A stretch of DNA of 64,000 bases from an uncultured Candidatus Entotheonella sp. (GTDB taxonomy: Bacteria; Tectomicrobia; Entotheonellia; Entotheonellales; Entotheonellaceae): assembly GCA_965217185.1 (NCBI GenBank), contig OZ244252.1, positions 992,001 to 1,056,000 of the forward strand. Direction: 5' to 3'. Position 1 is the first letter of the stretch. The number at the start of each line of letters is the position of its first letter. The notes under the pieces are model-generated. The model saw only the letters and a program-made list of their open reading frames with translations. It was not told where the DNA came from and ran no database searches. The translations under genes and the position numbers were made by a program. Below, in pieces: positions 1-11,178 of this stretch.

Positions 1-82
1 TCAAACAGCGATCGCCTTTGAGAAAAAGTTTCATGTTTTCCCGACGACACAATCGGCATACAGCATCCGTGTATCTTGCCAC
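1..82 (-). CDS. rpsD: 30S ribosomal protein S4 (5' part, runs off window)
   Basis: Manual translation from GTG at 82: [27 protein letters not shown]; follows rpsK. Confidence 0.93.
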   Translation of the reverse strand, partial: MARYTDAVCRLCRRENMKLFLKGDRCL

Positions 83-105
83 GCTTGTTCTAACCTCCCT
101 CTTCT

Positions 106-501
106 CTAAACGCGCCGTTTTTTCGGTGGGCGCGGGCCATTGTGCGGTATCGGCGTTACATCGCGAATAACACTTACCTCAAGACCGGCTGCTTGCAATG
201 CACGAACAGCAGCCTCGCGTCCCGAACCAGGTCCTTTAACCAATACATCCACTTTTCTCATGCCTTGATCAATCACCTTGCGAGCGACTTGCTCGGCGGC
301 GGTTTGGGCCGCAAAAGGTGTGCTCTTACGCGAGCCTCGGAAACCCTGTCCGCCCGCGCTGGCCCAAGCCAACGCGTTGCCCCCGCCGTCGGTTATGGTA
401 ATGATTGTGTTGTTGAAGGTCGATTTAACGTGCGCCACACCTTCTGCAACCGTACGCCGTTCACGGCGACGTTTCCCCTCTTTACGCCTTGACTCTGCCA
501 T
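106..501 (-). CDS. rpsK: 30S ribosomal protein S11
   Basis: [29 protein letters not shown] motifs. Confidence 0.98.
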   Translation of the reverse strand: MAESRRKEGKRRRERRTVAEGVAHVKSTFNNTIITITDGGGNALAWASAGGQGFRGSRKSTPFAAQTAAEQVARKVIDQGMRKVDVLVKGPGSGREAAVRALQAAGLEVSVIRDVTPIPHNGPRPPKKRRV

Positions 502-510
502 GTATGCCCT

Positions 511-882
511 CTATTTCTTGCCCTTGCGACCAATCGTACGCCGTGGGCCCTTACGTGTGCGAGAGTTGGTCCGGGTCCGTTGGCCTCGGACTGGCAATCC
601 ACGACGATGTCTCAAGCCACGATAAGCTCCCACGTCCATGAGTCGTTTGATATTCATTGCCACTTCCCGACGTAAGTCGCCTTCTACGGAGTATTGCTCC
701 TCGATCGCCTCACGGAGTCGGGTAATATCACTCTCGGTCAGTGCTCTTACACGTGTGTCGGGATCAACTGCCGTAGCTTGCAGTATCTTCTTCGCAGAAG
801 TAGGGCCAATGCCGTAGATGTATGTCAAAGCGACTTCGACTCGTTTTTCGTTTGGAATGTCGGCTCCAGCTATACGAGCCAT
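511..882 (-). CDS. rpsM: 30S ribosomal protein S13
   Basis: MARIAG start (ATG at 882, not the longer ORF start), [17 protein letters not shown]. Confidence 0.97.
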   Translation of the reverse strand: MARIAGADIPNEKRVEVALTYIYGIGPTSAKKILQATAVDPDTRVRALTESDITRLREAIEEQYSVEGDLRREVAMNIKRLMDVGAYRGLRHRRGLPVRGQRTRTNSRTRKGPRRTIGRKGKK

Positions 883-901
883 CTTCTGTTCCCTTTCCTG
901 T

Positions 902-1015
902 TTAGCCCTGCCGTTGCTTATGGCGCGAGTTTTCGCAAAGAACCCGCACAATACCCTTACGACGGACGACCTTGCACTTCGCACAGATCGGCTTCACCGA
1001 AGCACGAACTTTCAT
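902..1015 (-). CDS. rpmJ: 50S ribosomal protein L36 (Zn-binding form)
   Basis: Not in ORF track; manual translation [37 protein letters not shown]; syntenic infA-rpmJ-rpsM. Confidence 0.97.
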   Translation of the reverse strand: MKVRASVKPICAKCKVVRRKGIVRVLCENSRHKQRQG

Positions 1016-1074
1016 GTTGTTACCCTCGTACTCAACGTCTCTTTGAGTTTTACTCACACAATCGCGACGCGACA

Positions 1075-1293
1075 TCACTTGAAGCGATAAACAATTCGCC
1101 CCCGAGTCAGGTCATAGGGTGACAGTTCCAATTTCACCTTATCTCCAGGGAGAATACGGATGAAATGCATTCGCATCCGGCCCGAAATATGCGCCAAGAC
1201 TACATGCTTGTTCTCAAGCTCTACCTTAAACATGGCATTAGGTAAAGGCTCGAGCACCGTGCCTTCAACAGCTATAGTTTCTTCCTTTTCCAT
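1075..1293 (-). CDS. infA: Translation initiation factor IF-1
   Basis: [26 protein letters not shown]. Confidence 0.97.
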   Translation of the reverse strand: MEKEETIAVEGTVLEPLPNAMFKVELENKHVVLAHISGRMRMHFIRILPGDKVKLELSPYDLTRGRIVYRFK

Positions 1294-1324
1294 AATCTCC
1301 AAAGTGCCGTAATAGTGTCGCTTG

Positions 1325-2074
1325 TCAAAGCTGACTGAGGATGATGCCGCCCCCTTCAGCTACTGTAATGGTGTGCTCAAAATGAGCCGACGGCTTGCCG
1401 TCGTCGGTAATGACAGTCCAATTATCCTTCAGGATATGCACGTCACAAGTACCCAGATTCAACATGGGTTCCAGTGCCAACACCATGCCTTCACGTAAGC
1501 GTGGCCCACGCCTCGGTGGGCCAAAGTTGGGAACCTGTGGTTCTTCATGCAACTCCGTGCCAATACCGTGTCCAACAAAATCCTTCACAACCCCATAACC
1601 TCGCTGTTCAGCGAAAGTTTGAATTGTGTGCGAAATATCGGACAGGTAATTGCCGATTCGGGCTTGAGTAATTCCCGCATTCAGAGCACCGCGGGTGTCC
1701 TCGATAAGGGACTGCAAGTCCTGATCGATAGTGCCAACAGGGAAAGTGATGGCGTGATCTCCATAATAGCCATCGACAATTGCACCGCAGTCGACCCCGA
1801 TGATATCGCCGTCTCTTAGCTTCCGTTGCTTGGATGGAATACCATGTACAACCTCGGAATTAATGGAGGTGCACAACGTTGCAGGAAATCCTCGATAACC
1901 CTTAAATGCCGAATGGCCCCCCTGTTTACGAATGAAAGCCTCGGCAGTACGATCAAGTTCGTCCGTGGTTCTCCCAGGCTCAATCATTGGCTGCAAGCGT
2001 TGCAGCGTCTCCGCCACTAACTGGCAACTTTCCCTAATCCTTTCAATTTCGCGTGGCGATCGATAGGTAATCAT
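1325..2074 (-). CDS. map: Type I methionine aminopeptidase
   Basis: [23 protein letters not shown]. Confidence 0.97.
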   Translation of the reverse strand: MITYRSPREIERIRESCQLVAETLQRLQPMIEPGRTTDELDRTAEAFIRKQGGHSAFKGYRGFPATLCTSINSEVVHGIPSKQRKLRDGDIIGVDCGAIVDGYYGDHAITFPVGTIDQDLQSLIEDTRGALNAGITQARIGNYLSDISHTIQTFAEQRGYGVVKDFVGHGIGTELHEEPQVPNFGPPRRGPRLREGMVLALEPMLNLGTCDVHILKDNWTVITDDGKPSAHFEHTITVAEGGGIILSQL

Positions 2075-2076
2075 GT

Positions 2077-3393
2077 CTACCGGCGGCCTTTCAGCCGCCC
2101 TTTTTTCATGAATGTATCGTAGTGGCGCATGACCAAATGAGACTCCACTTGTTGCATTGTGTCCATAGCTACACCAACCACGATGAGGAGCCCTGTGCCG
2201 CCGAAGAAAAAGGGCACTTGAAGAAATAACACTAAGTAAGTGGGAAGAATGACGATGAACGACAAATAAAGTGCGCCGGCCAAGGTTAGCCGCGACAACG
2301 TGCGGTCAATAAACTCCGCCGTCCTCTTGCCCGGGCGGATACCCGGTACATACCCTCCATATTTCCGCATATTGTCCGCAACATCAACAGGATTAAAAAT
2401 GATAGCCGTATAAAAATAGGCAAAAAATATGATCAAGATCACGGTCAGGACAGAATAGAGCAGAGTTCCAGGCGAGAGTTGTTGAACAATCGTGTCCAAT
2501 ATACCACCGGCGTTCTGACCGCCGGCGAACTGGGCAATCGTCGCAGGGAAAACCATGATAGAAGAGGCAAAAATAGGTGGGATAACGCCTGAAGTGTTAA
2601 TCTTCAGCGGCAAATGGGTATTCTGGCCGCCATACATACGCCGTCCGACCACACGTTTCGCGTACTGAATCGGGATCTTCCGATGACCCGCCTCCATAAA
2701 AACGATAGCAGCTACTACGGCGACCATCACGACGAGGAGAAGAAGAAAGAGAAAAGGACTCAGCTCTCCTAAACGCAATTGAGTCCACGTAGAACTTGCG
2801 GCGGATGGCATCCCGGAAACGATTCCGGCAAAAATCAGAAGTGATATCCCATTACCAATGCCACGCTCTGTAATTTGTTCCCCCAGCCACATGAGGAATG
2901 TCGTACCCGCGGTCAACGTAAGCATCGTCATCACCCTAAATCCCCAGCCGGAGACCGGTACGACTGATGCCCCGCCGACTTCCATATTTTCAAGGCCAAT
3001 GGAAATGCCCAAGCCTTGGATCAGACTAAGTGCCACAGTACCATAGCGGGTATACTGGTTAATCTTTTTTCGTCCTTGCTCTCCCTCTTTCTTCAGTCTT
3101 TCCAGGTGTGGCACAACAACCGTAAGCAGTTCAAGAATAATAGATGCACTAATGTATGGCATAATGCCCAGCGCGAACACCGCCATTTGTTGCAAGGCGC
3201 CACCTGAAAACATGTTGAAGAATCCCAGGATGGTACCTTGCATGCTTTCGAAATACCGGGTCAAAGCTTGGCCGTCAATACCTGGCGTTGGAATGAAGGC
3301 TCCTACACGAAAAACTGCAAGCAATGCGAAGGTGTAGAGGATTCGTTTCCTCAATTCTGGAATCTTGAATACGTTTTGAACCCCATCGATCAT
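2077..3393 (-). CDS. secY: Preprotein translocase subunit SecY
   Basis: ALGIMPYISASI, GIGNGISL, GVIPPIFA, PGIRPG. Confidence 0.98.
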   Translation of the reverse strand: MIDGVQNVFKIPELRKRILYTFALLAVFRVGAFIPTPGIDGQALTRYFESMQGTILGFFNMFSGGALQQMAVFALGIMPYISASIILELLTVVVPHLERLKKEGEQGRKKINQYTRYGTVALSLIQGLGISIGLENMEVGGASVVPVSGWGFRVMTMLTLTAGTTFLMWLGEQITERGIGNGISLLIFAGIVSGMPSAASSTWTQLRLGELSPFLFLLLLVVMVAVVAAIVFMEAGHRKIPIQYAKRVVGRRMYGGQNTHLPLKINTSGVIPPIFASSIMVFPATIAQFAGGQNAGGILDTIVQQLSPGTLLYSVLTVILIIFFAYFYTAIIFNPVDVADNMRKYGGYVPGIRPGKRTAEFIDRTLSRLTLAGALYLSFIVILPTYLVLFLQVPFFFGGTGLLIVVGVAMDTMQQVESHLVMRHYDTFMKKGRLKGRR

Positions 3394-3839
3394 GCAGGTC
3401 CCTCCTCCACATTCCCACCGGCATCTACAATTTTTTGCTTGGCAGTTTGACTGAGTTTATCCGCCTTTATGGTCAAAGAAACAGATAGATCGCCTTCTCC
3501 CAATATCTTAACCGGTTTCCTTAGGGATCTAATCTTCCCAGCTTCTTGCAGCACTGAAGGCGTTACCACAGTCTGGCTCTCAAAGGAATTCAGATCGCCC
3601 ACGTTAACAATCTGATATTCAACCTTAAAGATATTAGTGAAACCCCGTTTTGGGAGGCGTCTCTGTAAAGGCATTTGGCCACCTTCGAATCTGGGACCGC
3701 GACGACCTCCAGAACGTGCGTTCTGCCCTTTGTGCCCGTGCGAGGCCGTCTTGCCGTGACCCGAACCAGGGCCGCGACCTACACGTTTGGGCGTCCTACG
3801 GGCACCGACCGGGGGATGAAGAGAACTGAGTGTTGCCAT
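3390..3839 (-). CDS. rplO: 50S ribosomal protein L15
   Basis: RVGRGPGSGHGKT, FEGGQMPLQRRLPKRGF. Confidence 0.98.
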   Translation of the reverse strand: MATLSSLHPPVGARRTPKRVGRGPGSGHGKTASHGHKGQNARSGGRRGPRFEGGQMPLQRRLPKRGFTNIFKVEYQIVNVGDLNSFESQTVVTPSVLQEAGKIRSLRKPVKILGEGDLSVSLTIKADKLSQTAKQKIVDAGGNVEEGPA

Positions 3840-3872
3840 ATTGTCTCCGAAGAAGGCTCGTATCGTATCCTC

Positions 3873-4058
3873 TTATGATTCAATGCGGATCAAATGCCTC
3901 ACCTTATCGATCATGCCTCGAGTTTGAGGAGTGTCCGGCAATTCAACCACCTTTTGCAACTTGGTTAATCCCATTCCGCGCAGCACAAACCGCTGTTTTT
4001 CAGGCCGGCCAATTGCACTTCGTGTCAAACGTATTGCGATCTTCTTGCTGCTTGCCAT
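3873..4058 (-). CDS. rpmD: 50S ribosomal protein L30
   Basis: RSAIGR..RGMIDKVRHL; synteny. Confidence 0.96.
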   Translation of the reverse strand: MASSKKIAIRLTRSAIGRPEKQRFVLRGMGLTKLQKVVELPDTPQTRGMIDKVRHLIRIES

Positions 4059-4060
4059 TG

Positions 4061-4573
4061 TTAAGACCTCTGCCGAATTCGTAGCTCTTCATATTCAATA
4101 TTGCGCACCCGGGCAATTTCGCGACTACTCCGTAACTGCTGCAGCCCTTCCATCGTGGCCTTAACGACGTTGTGGGGATTATTTGTTCCGAGGGATTTGG
4201 TCAGGATATCACCTATCCCCACAGCCTCCAGGACAGCGCGAACAGGGCCACCCGCCGTAATCCCAGTGCCACGAGCAGCGGGTTTGAGCAACACACGACC
4301 TGCTCCGTAGTGGCCCAAAACGCTGTGCGGGATAGTTGTGCCAGCTAACGGGACAGCGTATAGATTCTTTTTGGCTTTGTCTACGGCTTTTCGAATGGCT
4401 TCTGGCACCTCATTCGCTTTGCCAAGCCCAACGCCAACCCGACCAGCACGGTTGCCTACCACTACAAGGGCGCTGAAACTGAAACGCCTGCCGCCCTTTA
4501 CGACCTTCGCCACCCGATTCACGTGCACAATTTTATCGACGTATTCGGTTTGCCCAGCACCTGTTTCGACCAC
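4061..4573 (-). CDS. rpsE: 30S ribosomal protein S5
   Basis: [21 protein letters not shown]. Confidence 0.98.
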   Translation of the reverse strand: MVETGAGQTEYVDKIVHVNRVAKVVKGGRRFSFSALVVVGNRAGRVGVGLGKANEVPEAIRKAVDKAKKNLYAVPLAGTTIPHSVLGHYGAGRVLLKPAARGTGITAGGPVRAVLEAVGIGDILTKSLGTNNPHNVVKATMEGLQQLRSSREIARVRNIEYEELRIRQRS

Positions 4574-4612
4574 CCACTCTCCTTCGCCATGATGTTTTTG
4601 CGCTTACGATGG

Positions 4613-4981
4613 CTAAAATTCCAGGCCATTCTCACGTGCTGCCGCCGCCACAGCCTTCACACGCCCATGATAGAGAAAACCATTACGGTCAAACACGACA
4701 CGCTGGATACCCTTCTCTTTGGCTTTTCCTGCAACCATTGCCCCGACAAGGTTTGCTCCCGCAACATTACCACCATTTACACCCGTGGCGCGGAACTCTC
4801 CAGTCACACTCGACGCAGAAACCAAAACACGATTTGATACATCATCTATGATCTGTGCGTATACATGTTTTGCACTTCGGAATACCGAAAGTCGTGGCCT
4901 TTGTGGCGTACCTCGAACTTTAACCCGTACCCGTCTTCTCCGTCGCTCCCGTGCGTGCAGTCTATTTCCCGGATTGCCCAT
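4613..4981 (-). CDS. rplR: 50S ribosomal protein L18
   Basis: [22 protein letters not shown]. Confidence 0.98.
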   Translation of the reverse strand: MGNPGNRLHARERRRRRVRVKVRGTPQRPRLSVFRSAKHVYAQIIDDVSNRVLVSASSVTGEFRATGVNGGNVAGANLVGAMVAGKAKEKGIQRVVFDRNGFLYHGRVKAVAAAARENGLEF

Positions 4982-4985
4982 GATG

Positions 4986-5516
4986 TTATGACTTACCCTC
5001 CTTGCGACGGATAATCTCCTTGGGGTATTTGATCCCCTTTCCCTTATAAGGTTCCGGCTTTCGTATAGCGCGTATATTGGCTGCCGTCTGCCCCACCAAT
5101 TCCTTGTTGATTCCCCGGACTGTAATAAGAGACCGATTCAACTCGAATTCGATACCTTCAGGCGCTTCATAGTTAATCGGGTGGGAATGCCCCAATTGCA
5201 ATGTCAGAGTACGATTTTGCAACTGCGCCCGAAATCCACCCCAAACAATTTCCAGTTGTTTTTCATACCCGGTTGTTACTCCTACTATCATGTTGTCCAA
5301 CAAGGTCCGAGTAAGACCGTGAAGGGACTTATCCAATTTGGCATCACTTTGCCGCAACACCGTGATCTGATTACCCTCCTGACGTAACCCAACGCGTGGG
5401 TGCAGCGTACGGGCTAAGGTTCCCTTAGGTCCCTTGACCTCCACAAAATTGTCGTCATCAAGTCGCACACCTACATCTGTAGGAATAACTACGGGCATCC
5501 GGCCAATCCGTGACAT
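4986..5516 (-). CDS. rplF: 50S ribosomal protein L6
   Basis: [15 protein letters not shown]. Confidence 0.97.
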   Translation of the reverse strand: MSRIGRMPVVIPTDVGVRLDDDNFVEVKGPKGTLARTLHPRVGLRQEGNQITVLRQSDAKLDKSLHGLTRTLLDNMIVGVTTGYEKQLEIVWGGFRAQLQNRTLTLQLGHSHPINYEAPEGIEFELNRSLITVRGINKELVGQTAANIRAIRKPEPYKGKGIKYPKEIIRRKEGKS

Positions 5517-5537
5517 CGTATCAACCCCTTCGATCCA

Positions 5538-5936
5538 CTACCAAACGAAGCAAACAACTTCTCCGCCCACATTTTCCGCAATGCACTGCCGGTCAGTCAA
5601 AAGCCCTTGGGATGTTGAAACAACGGCGATACCAGTACCTTCCAAGACCCTCGGCATTGCCTTGCACGAAACATAATGACGTTTCCCTGGTGTACTTATT
5701 TTTCGTAAACCACGAATAACACTTCCGCTCGTCGAATCGTACTTTAGTACAATCTCCAAAAGGCTCTGCGGACGCGACTCCTTCTGCATGTTGAAATTAT
5801 GGATATAACCTTCCTGTTTCAGAAGCCGTGCGATTGCCAACTTCATTCGGGATGAAGGCATAAGAACCCGCTCATGTTGCACCGCTATGGCATTGCGCAT
5901 CCGCGTTAACATGTCAGCAATAGGATCAGTCATCAT
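5538..5936 (-). CDS. rpsH: 30S ribosomal protein S8
   Basis: DPIADMLTRMRN, STSQG, GGEV. Confidence 0.98.
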   Translation of the reverse strand: MMTDPIADMLTRMRNAIAVQHERVLMPSSRMKLAIARLLKQEGYIHNFNMQKESRPQSLLEIVLKYDSTSGSVIRGLRKISTPGKRHYVSCKAMPRVLEGTGIAVVSTSQGLLTDRQCIAENVGGEVVCFVW

Positions 5937-5975
5937 ATGAAGGCCACTCCAACCAATCAGCTTGTAAAGGGCACA

Positions 5976-6161
5976 TTACCAACTAGACTTTACAACTCCG
6001 GGAATCTCACCCCGCAAGGCCAGATCACGAAAATGAATCCGGCATAAGGCAAACTTGCGTAAGTACCCACGGGACCTTCCACACAGACGACAACGTGAGT
6101 ATTGTCGTACTTTGAACTTAGGTGCCCTGTTGGCTTTGTTAATCAATGCTTTCTTGGCCAT
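5976..6161 (-). CDS. rpsN: 30S ribosomal protein S14 (short type Z)
   Basis: 61 aa, RCRLCGR..LCRIHFR..GVVKSSW. Confidence 0.97.
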   Translation of the reverse strand: MAKKALINKANRAPKFKVRQYSRCRLCGRSRGYLRKFALCRIHFRDLALRGEIPGVVKSSW

Positions 6162-6190
6162 GTCTACCTCTTGTTCCTGACGCCTGACCT

Positions 6191-6739
6191 TTAAGTTCGG
6201 AAAGGCATCCCGAGTAATCGAAGAAGCTCACGACCCTCTGCATCGGTCCGAGCCGAGCTAACTATTGTAACGGCGATACCTTTGATCTTCTCAATCTTAT
6301 CGTAGTCAATTTCTGGGAAAATCACTTGTTCTTCGACTCCCAGCGTGAAATTTCCACGACCATCAAAAGCATTGGCGGTAACGCCGCGAAAGTCGCGCAC
6401 ACGGGGTAGCGCGACATTGACCAAGCGATCAAAGAAATCATACATTCGGTCTCGCCGTAGGGTTACCTTCACGCCGATGGACATGCCCTCGCGCAACTTG
6501 TACGCGGCGATCGATTTCCGTGCCTTGGTGATAACTGGCTTTTGACCTGAGATGATAGCAAGCTGCTCCATTCCGCCGTCCAGCAGCTTTGCATTTTGAA
6601 TTGCCTCTCCAAGCCCCATGTTCAACACAATTTTATTAAGCCTTGGAACTTCCATGATATTGCCGTAGCCAAGCCGTTGCTGTAACGCAGGCACAACTTC
6701 ATCAAGATAATACTGATGTATTCGCGACACATAGGCCAT
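6191..6739 (-). CDS. rplE: 50S ribosomal protein L5
   Basis: [21 protein letters not shown]. Confidence 0.98.
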   Translation of the reverse strand: MAYVSRIHQYYLDEVVPALQQRLGYGNIMEVPRLNKIVLNMGLGEAIQNAKLLDGGMEQLAIISGQKPVITKARKSIAAYKLREGMSIGVKVTLRRDRMYDFFDRLVNVALPRVRDFRGVTANAFDGRGNFTLGVEEQVIFPEIDYDKIEKIKGIAVTIVSSARTDAEGRELLRLLGMPFRT

Positions 6740-6765
6740 ACTTTACGACCTCTCCCCTGTTTTCA

Positions 6766-7116
6766 CTACTTGTCAAGAACCTCGCCACACGCACGACAAA
6801 TACGCACCTTCTTGCCGTCCTCAAGAAACCGGTGACCAACTCGGACGCCACGACTGCATCGGCTACAAACAAGCATCACGTTGGAAATGTGCAGTTTCCC
6901 TTCGCGTTCAATAATGCCACCTTGTTGCGTCTGTCGAGTTGGGCGAGTATGGCGCTTTATCATGTTCACACGCTCTACAGTCAAACGCCCTTCCCTGGGA
7001 AAGACTCGTAAAATTTTGCCCTGTTTACCGCGGTCTTTGCCGGCGATCACTTTAACGATATCGTCTTTCCTGACATGCCCCCGTCCTTGGGGAGCAATAT
7101 GCCCTGCCCGCGCCAT
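6766..7116 (-). CDS. rplX: 50S ribosomal protein L24
   Basis: VIAGKDRGKQG, HISNVML; start 7116 or 7131 uncertain. Confidence 0.96.
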   Translation of the reverse strand: MARAGHIAPQGRGHVRKDDIVKVIAGKDRGKQGKILRVFPREGRLTVERVNMIKRHTRPTRQTQQGGIIEREGKLHISNVMLVCSRCSRGVRVGHRFLEDGKKVRICRACGEVLDK

Positions 7117-7138
7117 ACTCTGCTCCTTCACTGTGCCA

Positions 7139-7507
7139 TCAAAGCACTTCCGGCGCCAAAGAGATAATCTTCATATAGCCCTTAGCACGTAACTCACGCG
7201 GCACGGGTCCAAAAATGCGCGTCCCAATAGGTTCGCCCGCATCATTTATGATCACTGCCGCATTGTCGTCAAAACGGATGTAGGTACCATCAATTCTGCG
7301 AATCTCTTTCCTTGTGCGGACTACAACTGCCCGGCGTACATCGCCCTTCCTAACGGCGGCATTGGGTAGGGCCTCTTTAACAGAAACGACAACCACATCT
7401 CCCACATGCGCGTAGCGTCTCCTTGTTCCCCCAAGCACATGGAAACACTTCACCTTACGAGCGCCGGAATTATCGGCCACATTGAGAACTGTCTCTTTCT
7501 GTATCAC
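7139..7507 (-). CDS. rplN: 50S ribosomal protein L14
   Basis: [22 protein letters not shown]. Confidence 0.98.
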   Translation of the reverse strand: MIQKETVLNVADNSGARKVKCFHVLGGTRRRYAHVGDVVVVSVKEALPNAAVRKGDVRRAVVVRTRKEIRRIDGTYIRFDDNAAVIINDAGEPIGTRIFGPVPRELRAKGYMKIISLAPEVL

Positions 7508-7806
7508 TCGTTCTGTCCCTCAGACACGGTGGTGGCCGACGCCGACGTGGCGTTTACACGACGGCGCACGATTTCTTGCAAACGCCAACGCTTCGTCCGA
7601 CTAAGCGGACGCGTCTCGACAATCCGCACCACATCGCCTATTTGGCATTGGTTCTGCTCATCGTGAGCATGATATTTCTTACTGCGTCTGATAACCCGTT
7701 CGTATATTGGATGGCGAACCCGCCGCTCAACCATGACCGTGATGGTTTTATGCATGCGATCACTCACCACTTCCCCGAGCAGGGTTTTTCTTTTGTGCGC
7801 TACCAT
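7504..7806 (-). CDS. rpsQ: 30S ribosomal protein S17
   Basis: [22 protein letters not shown] at 7806. Confidence 0.96.
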   Translation of the reverse strand: MVAHKRKTLLGEVVSDRMHKTITVMVERRVRHPIYERVIRRSKKYHAHDEQNQCQIGDVVRIVETRPLSRTKRWRLQEIVRRRVNATSASATTVSEGQNE

Positions 7807-7819
7807 TTCCGATATCCCT

Positions 7820-8026
7820 CTAACCCTGCTTTGCAGAGGCCAATTGGCGCTCACGCTGAATGGTCTTCACGCGAGCGATATCTCGCCGCACAACCCGCAT
7901 ACGGCCGGCATCTTCGATTTGGCTTGTCGCCAGCTGGAAGCGAAGATTAAATAGTTCTTCAGTAAACTCTTTGTATTTCTGGTCCAGTTCGTCTTCGGTA
8001 AGCTCACGCAGAACCGATGCTTTCAC
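7820..8026 (-). CDS. rpmC: 50S ribosomal protein L29
   Basis: [17 protein letters not shown]. Confidence 0.97.
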   Translation of the reverse strand: MKASVLRELTEDELDQKYKEFTEELFNLRFQLATSQIEDAGRMRVVRRDIARVKTIQRERQLASAKQG

Positions 8027-8232
8027 CGCGCCGCCCTCATAGTAGTGCCTTCTGATCTCTAACTAGACACGCTCTTAGCAAATGTTGCACTTCGGTTGTC
8101 GTTGTTCCTGACTGACTTGTGTCAGCTAGCCACGGACTCAGAAAACTCCCCCCACCTGCGAAAGGCGAAGTGGCAAGTATATCGCGACCATGCGCTCTCG
8201 GACAATACATCCACCACCGCAACGGCCGCAGG

Positions 8233-8640
8233 TTAGCTTTTTGTGAGGAAACGAGTGGCGATGGGGAGTTTGTGGGACGCCAGACGCATAGCCTCTCTTG
8301 CTACGTCTTCAGCCACACCATCCATTTCGTAAAGGATACGCCCAGGTTTCACAACAGCCACCCAAAATTCCGGCCCCCCCTTACCCTTACCCATACGCGT
8401 TTCAGCGGGTTTTTTTGAGACTGGCTTATCGGGAAAAATGCGGATCCATACATTGCCGCCACGCCGGACGTGCCGCGTCATGGCAATACGGCCTGCTTCG
8501 ATATGTCGGCTTGTGATCCAAGCTGGTTCGAGGGCTTGCAGGGCATATTGACCGAAACTGATCGTGCTGCCGCGGCTTGCCTGGCCTGTTCTGCGCCCAC
8601 GGTGCTGCTTTCGGAACTTTATCTTTCGTGGCATTAACAT
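8233..8640 (-). CDS. rplP: 50S ribosomal protein L16
   Basis: [16 protein letters not shown]. Confidence 0.98.
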   Translation of the reverse strand: MLMPRKIKFRKQHRGRRTGQASRGSTISFGQYALQALEPAWITSRHIEAGRIAMTRHVRRGGNVWIRIFPDKPVSKKPAETRMGKGKGGPEFWVAVVKPGRILYEMDGVAEDVAREAMRLASHKLPIATRFLTKS

Positions 8641-8657
8641 TAGTCAAATTGCCTCCG

Positions 8658-9335
8658 CTAGCGGCGCCGACGTAGACGCGGCCCCTCAAAAGCTTGTCCG
8701 TCTTGTTCAGGTGTCACGAACACCCCCTTGTACACCCACACCTTCACACCTACTTGGCCGTATGTCGTTTTGGCCTCAGCAAAACCGTAATCAATATCGG
8801 CACGCAAAGTATGAAGAGGCACCCCCCCCTCACGATACCATTCACGGCGAGCCATCTCAGCGCCAGCCAGTCGTCCTGAAGATTCAACCCGAATGCCTTT
8901 GGCTCCAAAACGCAATGCAGAGGTAATCGCTTTCTTCATTGCACGGCGAAAGGCCACTCGGCGCTCCAGCTGCAAGGCAATATTTTCTGCGATAAGCTGT
9001 GCGTCAATTTCTGCCTTCCGAATCTCTCGAATGTTTATAGACACTTGTTTCTGTGTCAGGTTTTGCAGTTCGTTTTTCAATTTGTCAACTTCTGCACCCC
9101 GCTTGCCAATAATAATTCCGGGACGAGCAGTGTGAATATTGATCTTGGAGCGGTTGGCAGCCCGTTCAATTTCCACCCGCGAAATCCCAGCATGATACAG
9201 GCGCTTCTTGATGTAGCCCCTGACCATAAAATCTTCGTGCAACAAATCAGCATAATTCTTTCGGGCATACCAATTGGACTGCCAAGTTTTATTTATGCCC
9301 AGTCGAAAACCGATTGGATGAACCTTTTGCCCCAC
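8658..9335 (-). CDS. rpsC: 30S ribosomal protein S3
   Basis: [24 protein letters not shown]. Confidence 0.98.
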   Translation of the reverse strand: MGQKVHPIGFRLGINKTWQSNWYARKNYADLLHEDFMVRGYIKKRLYHAGISRVEIERAANRSKINIHTARPGIIIGKRGAEVDKLKNELQNLTQKQVSINIREIRKAEIDAQLIAENIALQLERRVAFRRAMKKAITSALRFGAKGIRVESSGRLAGAEMARREWYREGGVPLHTLRADIDYGFAEAKTTYGQVGVKVWVYKGVFVTPEQDGQAFEGPRLRRRR

Positions 9336-9353
9336 AATACCCCCCTTTCAGGA

Positions 9354-9689
9354 TCAGGTTCCTCGTTCGCGCAAAACAAGCCGGACATGGCTCGTACGCT
9401 TGCGAATCGGGGTAGCCCTGCCACGTGCCCTCGGCATATACCGCTTTGTCGTTGGTCCTTCATCGACAGTGATATGTTCAATGAACAGATCATCTATGTC
9501 GCTGAGTCCCTTAAATTCCGCCGCATTTGCAACAGCCGATTTAAGCAGCTTTTGCACTGGCATAGCTGCCTTCTTACGAGCGAAACGCAAGATGTCCATG
9601 GCTTGGCTAGCACTCTTACCACGTACGGTATCAACGATCATCCTTACCTTACGCGGGGAAATTCGAAGATGTGTAACGCTTGCTTTCAT
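9354..9689 (-). CDS. rplV: 50S ribosomal protein L22
   Basis: RISPRK, PRARGRA, KRTSHV. Confidence 0.98.
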   Translation of the reverse strand: MKASVTHLRISPRKVRMIVDTVRGKSASQAMDILRFARKKAAMPVQKLLKSAVANAAEFKGLSDIDDLFIEHITVDEGPTTKRYMPRARGRATPIRKRTSHVRLVLRERGT

Positions 9690-9734
9690 ATTACGACGCT
9701 TTCCTTTGCACCGATGGAAGGTCGACGCACTGTG

Positions 9735-10019
9735 CTATTTTAAACCAGTGGTTCGCTTTGTCATGCCACTATGCGAACGAAAAGTGCGGGTCGGCGAAAA
9801 CTCCCCGAGCTTGTGACCTACCATATTCTCGGTTATATAAACCGGGATGAACCTTTTTCCATTATGCACGGCGATAGTATGGCCTACCATCTCTGGGATA
9901 ATCGTCGAACGCCGCGACCATGTCCGGATGACACGCTTTTCCTGAGCCTGCTCCATCAACTGAACTTTCTTCAGCAAATGCTCGTCAAGAAATGGCCCCT
10001 TCTTTATGGAACGACCCAC
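9735..10019 (-). CDS. rpsS: 30S ribosomal protein S19
   Basis: GTG start at 10019: [25 protein letters not shown]. Confidence 0.97.
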   Translation of the reverse strand: MGRSIKKGPFLDEHLLKKVQLMEQAQEKRVIRTWSRRSTIIPEMVGHTIAVHNGKRFIPVYITENMVGHKLGEFSPTRTFRSHSGMTKRTTGLK

Positions 10020-10050
10020 ATCTGCCTCCCTGGTCTTAAACCAAAATCCC

Positions 10051-10875
10051 TCACCGTTTACGCCGCCGAACGATGAATTTATCTGTGCGCTTATTCTGAC
10101 GGGTCCTGTAACCTTTCGTTGGCACACCCCACGGTGTCACCGGGTGACGACCACCCGAAGTTTTCCCTTCGCCACCGCCGTGCGGGTGATCAACTGGATT
10201 CATTGCAACGCCACGCACGCGAGGACGCCTCCCCAACCATCGCGACCTCCCTGCCTTCCCCACAGAAACATTTTCATGGTCGGCGTTACCAACTTGTCCA
10301 ATGGTTGCCCGACACGTCACCAATACCAGACGCATCTCTCCTGACGCCAAGCGCAACTGTGCATATTTGCCTTCGCGCGCCATAAGTTGGGCGGAAGACC
10401 CTGCACTCCTAGCAAGTTGCCCACCTTTCCCTGGGGAAAGTTCAATGTTATGGATTGTCATTCCGAGAGGCATGTCGCTCAATGCCATTGCATTTCCGGG
10501 CCGGATGTCCGCCTGCGGTCCAGACATAACGGTTTCTCCGACTTGAATACCTGCCGGGGCCAAGATATACAGCTTTTCCCCATCCAGATAGTGCAAAAGC
10601 GCCACACGTGCGGATCGATTGGGGTCATATTCAATGGAAGCGACGCGAGCCGGAACTGCATCTTTCGTACGTTTAAAATCAACTACGCGGTAACGCCGCT
10701 TATGCCCTCCTCCACGATGTCTACTGGTAATACGCCCATTGTTGTTACGCCCGCCGGATTTCTTCACAGAACGAAGCAAACTCCGCTCAGGACTCGAAGA
10801 GGTAATCTCTTCGAACGTACTTACGGTTTGAAAACGCCTTCCTGGAGATGTCGGCTTGTAGTGGCGAATTGCCAT
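10051..10875 (-). CDS. rplB: 50S ribosomal protein L2
   Basis: [17 protein letters not shown]. Confidence 0.99.
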   Translation of the reverse strand: MAIRHYKPTSPGRRFQTVSTFEEITSSSPERSLLRSVKKSGGRNNNGRITSRHRGGGHKRRYRVVDFKRTKDAVPARVASIEYDPNRSARVALLHYLDGEKLYILAPAGIQVGETVMSGPQADIRPGNAMALSDMPLGMTIHNIELSPGKGGQLARSAGSSAQLMAREGKYAQLRLASGEMRLVLVTCRATIGQVGNADHENVSVGKAGRSRWLGRRPRVRGVAMNPVDHPHGGGEGKTSGGRHPVTPWGVPTKGYRTRQNKRTDKFIVRRRKR

Positions 10876-10889
10876 TTTCCCGTCCCTCG

Positions 10890-11177
10890 TTAGACCCCTT
10901 CGAAGAAGGTGATACTATCGCCTTCCCGCAAAGTCACATAGGCTTTTTTCCAATCAGGCCTCTTGCCTTCTCGCCCCCGAATCCGCTTTCTCTTACCTTG
11001 CATGTTTAAGGTGTTTATGCGCAAAACTTTAACTTGAAACAGGGCTTCAAGAGCTTGTTTGATTTGCAGTTTGTTAGCCCTCGGATTCACCTGAAATATC
11101 ACTGTGTTTTGCTGCTCGTTGTAGCGCATGCCTTTTTCAGTGATCAAGGGCCGTCTAACAATTTGATGATGCTCCAT
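10890..11177 (-). CDS. rplW: 50S ribosomal protein L23
   Basis: [17 protein letters not shown] at 11177. Confidence 0.97.
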   Translation of the reverse strand: MEHHQIVRRPLITEKGMRYNEQQNTVIFQVNPRANKLQIKQALEALFQVKVLRINTLNMQGKRKRIRGREGKRPDWKKAYVTLREGDSITFFEGV

Positions 11178-11178
11178 G

